Shown here: positions 27,120 to 34,198 of the stretch, in pieces
Layout of the letters: each line of letters opens with the position of its first letter
How positions within the stretch are numbered: the first letter of the stretch is position 1
Source: Candidatus Omnitrophota bacterium
GTDB lineage: Bacteria; Omnitrophota; Gorgyraeia; Zapsychrales; Zapsychraceae
Reading direction: 5' to 3'
Length of the DNA: 64,000 nt
Assembly: GCA_050250375.1 (NCBI GenBank)
Contig: JBFWOS010000001.1
Span: 27,346-91,345, forward strand
The notes under the pieces: model-generated
What the model saw: the letters and a program-made list of their open reading frames with translations, nothing else
Database searches by the model: none
What the model was told of the DNA's origin: nothing
Position numbers and translations under genes: made by a program

Positions 27120-27148
27120 GGCCAGGAGAAATCCTGGCCTTTCTTTTT
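27120..27148 (+). terminator. rho-independent terminator
   Basis: GGCCAGGAgaaaTCCTGGCC hairpin followed by TTTCTTTTT. Confidence 0.55.
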
Positions 27149-27191
27149 ATAACCATATTCCCCGCATGGAGAAAATGGTATTAATATTGAA

Positions 27192-27218
27192 ACTGTACGG
27201 AACGGTCGCGACCGTTCC
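27192..27218. repeat. REP-like palindrome CTGTACGGAACGGTCGCGACCGTTCC
   Basis: Perfect 20-bp palindrome, downstream of the 27368 gene end. Confidence 0.55.
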
Positions 27219-27367
27219 TTTTGATCCTTAATATCGCTCTACCCTATCCGCCTTACGCTCACCGCTCATCAATCCGGGTTACGGGGTGTGTCCCGGAATT
27301 CGATCCATCCCTCTTTACGCTCAACGCTGAAAAAGCCCGTCCCTCATTTATATTTCCTTCCCTTCCA

Positions 27368-29557
27368 TTACGGCCTGTCCCAATGTTCCTGGCCTTGGAC
27401 CGAGGTGTATTCTTTCTGGATTTGGGTGATGATTTTCTGAAAATCATTTTGTGACAAGTTGTTTCTGATTCCTGTGCCTGTGATGACACCTCTTCTTACC
27501 CGGTAGTCAAAGTCCTTGTATAAACTCGTGAATGCGACGTCCTTAAGCCACGCCGGCGGATAATAGGTCGTCGGTTTGATATCATTGATCTTAAGCCGCC
27601 AGGGTACGGTCGAAAAATTGCGGTGCTGAAGTTGAATAATCTCCGTCCAGGGGTTGATCTGCCATTGCCGCGTGTTGAACACATAGTCGTAAAGCCGCTC
27701 GGTGTTCGCTTGTGAGACCGGCACCAATTCCTGCAAAATACCCTGGCTGCTCGTCAGTTCACGGTCCATGGCCGCGTTAAAGACCGCCGGGGCCGTATCA
27801 TAATTGGAGGCTTTGATCGCGCGTTTGGCCGCCTCGATCCCGATGATATTCGACGGTATGTCTTCCGGTGAAAAGGACGAATTGTCCATGCCCATGCCAT
27901 CGACCCTCCAGGTCGACAACTCGTGCGCAATACCTTCGGCATATGCGATCGCGCCGGCGAGTTCCAGCATCGCTTCCTGGCCATACGGCTCGCGCGTGAC
28001 CAGGACCGAACCATCGTAAAGGTTCATACACATGTGCCCCGTGTTGAGCCCGTCAAAAATGAACTTCGTCATGTCCGCGTTGTCCCTGACATGTCCCAAA
28101 TCCACAAATCCGGCATTGAGTGTATAAAGAAATCCCGCTCTTGCCCCGCGCAAGTTCACCCCGTCGGCCGCCCATCCGGTCAAGCCCTCGCCTGTGCGAG
28201 CGTAGTAATGGCGCTCAATCTTGGCCGGATCCTGCGCGTCTGTTCCCAATATGCAGCAGCTGCGCTTATTAGGTTCAGCATCGGACGCGTTGTGCAGACC
28301 GGCGCATTGTTCCAGGCAATACAGGGCGCCGCGCCGCATGGGACCGCCGGCATGGGCCAGGCCGCACATGTCGCCGTTGGCGCGCTTGAGCATGTCGCTG
28401 GTCGGGTTTTCGCCGTCGCGTTTGCCATCGAACCAGTGAATCACTTTATAATCTTTGCCTGACTTATCGATCCGGTACAAAAGCCCGCTCTTGGGCCCTT
28501 TGGCGGAATAACTGTCAACGGCGGCCCCGTAAATATATCCGTCGGCGCCTTCCACCACCTGCGCGGACGGCAACACGCCGTTTCTCATGTCAAATTTATG
28601 CAGGACGTCCAGTTTCTTGGTGCGCGGGTCGAACTTGTATAAAACGCCGTATCCCCTGTTTCTGGAGTAACCGCCTGCCGCTGTTGTCCCATAGAGATTC
28701 CCGTCGCTGGCGCTCATGAGGCTCACCGGGCCCGAACCGTCCGCGGCATTGAACACATGGACCGTTTGAATATTCCGGGACCCCGGAGCCGTCTTATAGA
28801 TCGTCCCGTGAATGGTTTCGTCGGTATTTCCGGTGTAGGTGGTTCCGTACAACATCCCGTCCTGGCCCAGCGTCAGCGCGTTGGGATAAACACCGCCCTG
28901 CTTGTCCCCGAAATAATACAGCGCAAAGACCGGTTCTTGCCCGCCGTCCAGACGGTAGATCATGCCCCGTTTTTGATTATGCGTATAGGTGGTGACCCCG
29001 TACATCCTGCCGTCGGCCAGCACTAAACCCGTTTGCGGATACGATGGCCATGAATTCATGATCTGCTGCTTGGTATATTTCTCCGGAGGGGGCAAGGGGG
29101 GCAGTTTTCCATTTTTGAAACTGGCCTCGGTGCGGACTCCTTTATTTCCGGGGCTTACCGTGAAAATGGTGCCGGTATTAAGTTCACCGCCCCCGTAGGT
29201 CGTACCGTAAAACAACACGCCGCCCGGCCCTTTGGCCAATCCGCTCCTGGGTGAACTTCCGTCGGTGCCGTTAAAACTGTGGATGACCTGGGTCTCTCCC
29301 CGCGGGGTCACCCGGAACACCGTGCCGTGGCCGTATTCCCCGCCGCCGGGGGTGGTGGAATAAAGATTGCCTTCCCTGTCTTCGACGATGGCGTTTGGTT
29401 CTTCCGGCCAGATGGGGCCGTTCTCCCGTTCATCCTCGGCAAACCTGGCTTTCAGTTTAAAGGTCAGTTCGAGCGGCTGCGGCCCTTGTTGTTCCTGGGT
29501 AAAAGCGGGGGTGGTGAAAAGGAACGTGAACAAGAGAAAGGGAATAAGTGATTTCAT
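27368..29557 (-). CDS. secreted protein with N-terminal beta-propeller-type repeats and C-terminal uncharacterised domain
   Basis: Signal peptide MKSLIPFLLFTFLFTTPAFTQ. At least six repeats of the LYGTTxxGGxxxxGTIF type. C-terminal ~300 aa has no recognised family. Start placed at 29557. Confidence 0.6.
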   Translation of the reverse strand: MKSLIPFLLFTFLFTTPAFTQEQQGPQPLELTFKLKARFAEDERENGPIWPEEPNAIVEDREGNLYSTTPGGGEYGHGTVFRVTPRGETQVIHSFNGTDGSSPRSGLAKGPGGVLFYGTTYGGGELNTGTIFTVSPGNKGVRTEASFKNGKLPPLPPPEKYTKQQIMNSWPSYPQTGLVLADGRMYGVTTYTHNQKRGMIYRLDGGQEPVFALYYFGDKQGGVYPNALTLGQDGMLYGTTYTGNTDETIHGTIYKTAPGSRNIQTVHVFNAADGSGPVSLMSASDGNLYGTTAAGGYSRNRGYGVLYKFDPRTKKLDVLHKFDMRNGVLPSAQVVEGADGYIYGAAVDSYSAKGPKSGLLYRIDKSGKDYKVIHWFDGKRDGENPTSDMLKRANGDMCGLAHAGGPMRRGALYCLEQCAGLHNASDAEPNKRSCCILGTDAQDPAKIERHYYARTGEGLTGWAADGVNLRGARAGFLYTLNAGFVDLGHVRDNADMTKFIFDGLNTGHMCMNLYDGSVLVTREPYGQEAMLELAGAIAYAEGIAHELSTWRVDGMGMDNSSFSPEDIPSNIIGIEAAKRAIKASNYDTAPAVFNAAMDRELTSSQGILQELVPVSQANTERLYDYVFNTRQWQINPWTEIIQLQHRNFSTVPWRLKINDIKPTTYYPPAWLKDVAFTSLYKDFDYRVRRGVITGTGIRNNLSQNDFQKIITQIQKEYTSVQGQEHWDRP

Positions 29558-29761
29558 AGGCTCATCGGGGTTTCGGCGTGTTTTCCGCACAATTCTTTGA
29601 TCCTTGATCGGTTGGGGTGCAAAAAATTATTTGATCTGTCCCTTTTTGGGAACAGTCCCGTTCTCCGTTCTTTTGGGGGACCCATATAGCCGCCAAACAC
29701 TTCATACCGGAACGTTTGATTTTGACTGACCCACCAGTAAAGCGCATTGTTTTTGAGATGC

Positions 29762-30103
29762 TTAACTTTTGTTTAATTGTATCCACTTAAATTTCAGATG
29801 TTCGGAGAAACGACACCACTTTTTCCCTGTCTGTTCAATCCATTTCTGCGGGGACAAGACAAAATAATTGTTCCCCGCATAATTTCTAAACTGGTCGAAT
29901 TCGACCAGTTTAAAATCCGGGTTGTTTAACTTTTCCCACAGCCCTAAAAAGTCTATTGTACTTCTGCTGCGCATCCAGTTCTTAACGATGTCTGCCGGAG
30001 CGTCGCTATCGCGGTATTTCGCGATATCTGTTAAAGAAATGTAATCTAATTGTTTTATTAAAATTACCGATATCTCTTTACCTTGAACATCCAGCTTAAT
30101 CAT
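29762..30103 (-). CDS. KilA-N domain protein
   Basis: Starting at MIKLDVQGKEISVILIKQLDYISLTDIAKYRD...NWMRSRSTIDFLGLWEKLNNPDFK fits the KilA-N pattern. The longer track ORF extends into repeat B. Confidence 0.55.
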   Translation of the reverse strand: MIKLDVQGKEISVILIKQLDYISLTDIAKYRDSDAPADIVKNWMRSRSTIDFLGLWEKLNNPDFKLVEFDQFRNYAGNNYFVLSPQKWIEQTGKKWCRFSEHLKFKWIQLNKS

Positions 30104-30142
30104 TTTAGATCCTCTCTTTAATCGGTTAAGAGAGGAATCGAA

Positions 30143-30453
30143 GGGGATGAATATCTTTATACCATGCATGCGTGTGGGAGTCAATAAAACGTTCAATAAG
30201 GATCTTTTATAACCGGTTAAATACACTCAATTGCCTGAGTTTTTTAAAAAGGATTTTGTAGGTGGAAGGTAAGTTGGATTTTGGCATAATAAATTTTTTC
30301 TTTCACCTTAAACTTTAAACCTTAAACCCCTCGGTCCTGTTTTTTCTGGATATTTCTTCCTTCTTTCTTCTTACCTCTTACTTTCTTTCAGTTCTTTCCT
30401 TAATCCCAGATCCCTGTGCCCTGATCCCTAAGATAGGGCGCTGTCCCGTATCT
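30143..30453. repeat. leader/uORF repeat family B (contains an A-like core), copy 1
   Basis: GGGGATGAATATCTTTATACCATGCATGCGTGTGGGAGTC...GGATTTTGTAGGTGGAAGGTAAGTTGGATTTTGGCATAATAAATT... then a purine-rich tract and the AGATAGGG hairpin. About 270 bp repeated at 31665-31945 with a diverged middle. Directly upstream of the KilA-N gene. Confidence 0.8.
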
Positions 30454-30456
30454 TAC

Positions 30457-30687
30457 TTATCCCTTATCCCTTTTAAATATTTCTCCCACCCGATACCTCA
30501 CCTCCCCGCCGCAGGCGTTTAGGGCGCGCACGATCTTCTCCTGGATATTGGGAGACACCGGACGCCCCGCGCGCGCTTTACGCACCTGCTTGAACGTCAG
30601 CTGCTCGGTAGAGGCCTTGACAAGATCCTCATTCGTCAGCCCGCGCTCGGTTAAAATGATATCGATGGGTTGGGGTTCAGTTGTCAT
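30457..30687 (-). CDS. hypothetical small protein
   Basis: 76-aa ORF, 20 nt downstream of the Bro-N gene. No domain recognised. Confidence 0.4.
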   Translation of the reverse strand: MTTEPQPIDIILTERGLTNEDLVKASTEQLTFKQVRKARAGRPVSPNIQEKIVRALNACGGEVRYRVGEIFKRDKG

Positions 30688-30706
30688 GATTAATCAAAAA
30701 ACCGGG

Positions 30707-31576
30707 TTACGGTGTGTGTTCCTGGATCTGCTTCTTACCCAACTTCTTACTCTGAGAAGTTTCAAGATAGTTGTCGTTGCTCATAATCTTCTTACCCGTT
30801 TTATGCTCCAGGTCTACGCGGGCTTTACCGGCGACACTGCCGCCGTCAATAGCGGCTTCTTTATTCTGTGTAAATCCCTGAGTATCTTTGCTACGGGTGA
30901 TGGCTACCGTCGATGCCTCCCCCAGCATGGAAAAAATCAACTCAAGATCATTCATATGATCCCGTAAATTCTCGCGTTCCAGGCCTTTGAGTTTTTTATA
31001 TTCCGACGGAGTAACGCCAAAAGCGGCTTTGGAAATCTCCGCGGTTAAAATCGCGTATTCCCCCTGATTTTTGATCCCCCGATTGTTCCATTCATCGGTC
31101 AGCTCTTCCCGAACAGCTATCCCGCGCACCCGCTTTTCGATCCAGGCATCCGAATACCCCTTGGCCTTATAGATGGCCCGCATTCTCTTCATCGCCAATT
31201 CCGGATCCTCAATCTCCTGAATCCGTTCATACCCGACCCTGGCCAGCCAGCGTTTGAAGGGTTCGGCCTTATGAGACGGGATGGATTGAATAATACGAAA
31301 AATGCCTTCCGTATTAGCGCAGTCCGTTGGGTATGATTTACCGTCAGAGGCAGGCAACTTCAGTTGGTGACAAATTGTCACCAACTCACTACCTTCTTCT
31401 CTTAACCTCTGGGCCAATTTGTTCCAATATTTCCTTGCCTTCTTGATATCTGATTGATCCGTTAAGACTTGCACTACATCAACCACCGAAAACCACCACT
31501 CATTGTTGTGAATGACTTTCCGGATCTTTGTTCCTTTAAAAACAGCGATTTTTGTTAAAGACATTTCGTTGGACAT
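30707..31576 (-). CDS. Bro-N domain antirepressor-like protein
   Basis: KIAVFKGTKIRKVIHNNEWWFSVVDVVQVLTD is Bro-N. C-terminal region resembles the phage antirepressor KilAC type. Confidence 0.75.
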   Translation of the reverse strand: MSNEMSLTKIAVFKGTKIRKVIHNNEWWFSVVDVVQVLTDQSDIKKARKYWNKLAQRLREEGSELVTICHQLKLPASDGKSYPTDCANTEGIFRIIQSIPSHKAEPFKRWLARVGYERIQEIEDPELAMKRMRAIYKAKGYSDAWIEKRVRGIAVREELTDEWNNRGIKNQGEYAILTAEISKAAFGVTPSEYKKLKGLERENLRDHMNDLELIFSMLGEASTVAITRSKDTQGFTQNKEAAIDGGSVAGKARVDLEHKTGKKIMSNDNYLETSQSKKLGKKQIQEHTP

Positions 31577-31621
31577 AAAAATTTCCCCTTTCTTTTTTTG
31601 GCGTTGTATGGGGAAGAGCGA

Positions 31622-31650
31622 GTAGGGAACGGTTCAAAACCGTTCCTTAC
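31622..31650. repeat. REP-like palindrome GTAGGGAACGGTTCAAAACCGTTCCTTAC
   Basis: In the 5' leader of the Bro-N gene. Confidence 0.55.
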
Positions 31651-31664
31651 TATAGGGGATGAAT

Positions 31665-31945
31665 ATCTTTATACCATGCATGCGTGTGGGAGTCAATAAA
31701 ACGTTCAATAAGGATCTTTTATAACCGGTTAAATACACTCAATTGCCTGAGTTTTTTAAAAAGGATTTTGTAGGTGGAAGGTAAGTTGGATTTTGGCATA
31801 ATAAATTGTTTATTTTACGTTAAACGTTTAACCTTAAACCCCTCGGTCCTGTTTTTTCTGGATATTTCTTCCTTCTTTCTTCTTACTTCCTATTCTTTTT
31901 TTTCACAGATCCCTGATCCCTAAGATAGGGCGCTGTCCCGTATCT
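31665..31945. repeat. leader/uORF repeat family B, copy 2
   Basis: See 30143-30453. Directly upstream of the Bro-N gene. Confidence 0.8.
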
Positions 31946-32028
31946 TGTCGAAAAGGGGGGCAAAGGTGTACGTCCCTTTTTTATAAGCATAACGGTCATT
32001 CCTATCCCTTATCACTTATCCCTTTTCA

Positions 32029-33054
32029 CTACACCCGCCAGGCATATTTCCCTTCCAACAATAAATTATTCAAATACACATCCGTCGCCGGATCAGGTTC
32101 GTCCCCTTGCGGGATAAAGACATCCGCGAGGTACCGGGCATATTTATCGGGGCGGCTGGAGCGCATCACGATCAGCGCTGACTCCTTTAACAGCGACTGC
32201 ACAAACACCTTGGCCGCGTCCCCCTCTTTCGTGCCGAGTTCCGGCGCGTCGATATCCCGCAGGCGCAGGGTTTCGGTGTGCTCAAGGCGGAACCCCAGAT
32301 CAATGCGGACCTTGAGTGTGTCAGCGTCCACCACCCGTTCAATCACCGCCGCGTACGTGAACAGGTCTTTGGTCCCGCGCTCACTGCGTTTGAGCGAATA
32401 GCGGTCGGCCGCAGGATCAAAAACACTTTCAACAATCTCATCCGCCTCGAATTTCGATACGGCGCGCGCCGAAAGACGCTTGTAGATGTTGAAACCCAGA
32501 TCCAGCAGCCACTCGCGTTCATCTTTGCCCGCGCCCAGCTGCGGCCGCTGCACCAGCCGGTACGTGTACAATTGCCCGCGGGCAGGCGTCAATAATTTTT
32601 GCGGGGGAGCCGATTCATTTTTAATCGCGGCCGGTGTTCCTCTTGTGGACTTGATCCTCGCGGCCAGTTCATCCGCGGACCAGGCATGCTCAATGACCTT
32701 CTGTTCAAACAGATCCCGCTCATCCTCGTCGGAAATAGCGATCAGTTTGCGGTAATGGGTCCAGCTGAATTGTGGGCGGCCGCCCACAATCTTCAGGCGG
32801 GGGTACGTCTGCACAAACCGCACACAGCGGTGCAGCGTTGATATTTCGATCCCAAGATCCTTGGATAATCGTTGGACAACCTCCGTCCCATACTCCGCGC
32901 GATCCTTATTTTGTTTAATGTGCGTCTGGATCAGGTTCCCCGTCTCCCAGTAAATCTTCACCTTCTCGGCTTCAATCTTCTGCTGGCCAAGGATCAGCGT
33001 CTGTTTGACTTTTTGAAAGAGGGATTTGTAGGTGGAGGGGAGTTTGGTGGTCAT
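32029..33054 (-). CDS. DUF1016 (YhcG N-terminal) domain fused to a thermonuclease (SNase-like) domain
   Basis: N-terminus (STYKSLFQKVKQTLILGQQKIEAEKVKIYWETGNLI...) matches the YhcG/DUF1016 N-domain. C-terminus (VVDADTLKVRIDLGF...LRLRDIDAPE...KYARYLADV) matches staphylococcal-nuclease-like thermonucleases. Confidence 0.65.
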   Translation of the reverse strand: MTTKLPSTYKSLFQKVKQTLILGQQKIEAEKVKIYWETGNLIQTHIKQNKDRAEYGTEVVQRLSKDLGIEISTLHRCVRFVQTYPRLKIVGGRPQFSWTHYRKLIAISDEDERDLFEQKVIEHAWSADELAARIKSTRGTPAAIKNESAPPQKLLTPARGQLYTYRLVQRPQLGAGKDEREWLLDLGFNIYKRLSARAVSKFEADEIVESVFDPAADRYSLKRSERGTKDLFTYAAVIERVVDADTLKVRIDLGFRLEHTETLRLRDIDAPELGTKEGDAAKVFVQSLLKESALIVMRSSRPDKYARYLADVFIPQGDEPDPATDVYLNNLLLEGKYAWRV

Positions 33055-33133
33055 TAAAAAACTTTCGTAATTTTTATTGAGGATTAGGCATTTAAAAGCG
33101 TTCTCAATCTATTATCGGAATAAATACATTCTA

Positions 33134-34198
33134 TCACTTATTAATATTTTTGATTCTTTCTTTACCAGAAGTGAGGTTATTTAACACTTCAAAAAAATAA
33201 GTCTTACCGACTCCTTTCGAATAGGAGGAAGAGTGAAATCTTACTGGAGTTGTAAAGATAAGCTGCGTTTCTGGGTGACTTCTCCAAAAAAGATAGGATG
33301 CAAAAGCTTGCATTTTACTGCATTGTGGAGCTATCGCAACGTCATATTGGTACTTTATAACATTAAACTCTTCCTCAAGTTTCGAGAGAATTTCCTCAAA
33401 AAACAGTGTCGAAACTTCAACTTCACGGATATGCCATCGAGAAAGTAACTCAGCATGAATCGATTTTGAGAACTCTGTTCTCCATTGTAAGTTTTTGTGA
33501 GGAGATCTTCCCCAAATGGCAATTAATGTACTTGGAGCATACTGATTTATGAGTCCTTCTATTCTATGGGGCTCATAGCCAACAAAAATAACCAAACAGG
33601 TCTGAGATCCAGGCCTAAAATTCCCACCGAACTCGGGCAATATTTGGACTTCCTTTAGGCCTGCACTTTGAAGATAATCAGTCGCCAAATCAAATCTTTT
33701 TTTAACCAATTCCTTTTCTATTTTCTCAATATCCACTTTCTTAGGAAAATAATCTTTTGCCTCTGTGCAAACGATTGATACTTTCATCCCAATGGATAAG
33801 CATGAGTGAATGGAATATATAGCCCACAAATGGGTCATGCCAGATATGTCTATTAAGACAGATTCGTACGCAAATTCTGTTCGAATTCGCTCGATTTCTG
33901 ATTTTATTTTGAAGCATGTTTGGATTGGGCTATTTGAATTTACTACTAACTCTTTAGGATCTTCTCCCTGGATAGATTTAATCAAGTGTTTAAGTTTCTT
34001 ATAGTTGGGTTCATTATCTTGTTTCTGGCTCTCGTAACGAAATAACAACCATCGACCGATCTTACATTTTGCCTTCTTTAGACTTGCCGTAAATTTTAAC
34101 GCACGCTCTTCAAAACCTGCAGCACAGATGACTAGGTCTTCTGTTAGAGGCTTTTTATAATTAAATTGTAATGCCGTTATTTTGATGTCGTTCATCAT
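33134..34198 (-). CDS. hypothetical protein (last gene of RM-associated module)
   Basis: 354 aa, AT-rich. Start overlaps the stop of the upstream 951-aa gene by 4 nt. No domain recognised. Confidence 0.5.
   Translation of the reverse strand: MMNDIKITALQFNYKKPLTEDLVICAAGFEERALKFTASLKKAKCKIGRWLLFRYESQKQDNEPNYKKLKHLIKSIQGEDPKELVVNSNSPIQTCFKIKSEIERIRTEFAYESVLIDISGMTHLWAIYSIHSCLSIGMKVSIVCTEAKDYFPKKVDIEKIEKELVKKRFDLATDYLQSAGLKEVQILPEFGGNFRPGSQTCLVIFVGYEPHRIEGLINQYAPSTLIAIWGRSPHKNLQWRTEFSKSIHAELLSRWHIREVEVSTLFFEEILSKLEEEFNVIKYQYDVAIAPQCSKMQAFASYLFWRSHPETQLIFTTPVRFHSSSYSKGVGKTYFFEVLNNLTSGKERIKNINK

Noticed and set aside
27754-28462. Arg/Ala-rich ORFs on both strands inside the 740-aa secreted protein gene
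   Set aside because: Shadow ORFs of a GC-rich gene.
29367-29786. ORFs 29367-29600 + and 29562-29786 -
   Set aside because: Overlap the N-terminal signal-peptide end of the 27368-29557 gene or lie in an intergenic stretch. No domain and no RBS.
30548-30967. 139-aa plus ORF
   Set aside because: Antisense to the Bro-N gene and the small 30457-30687 ORF.
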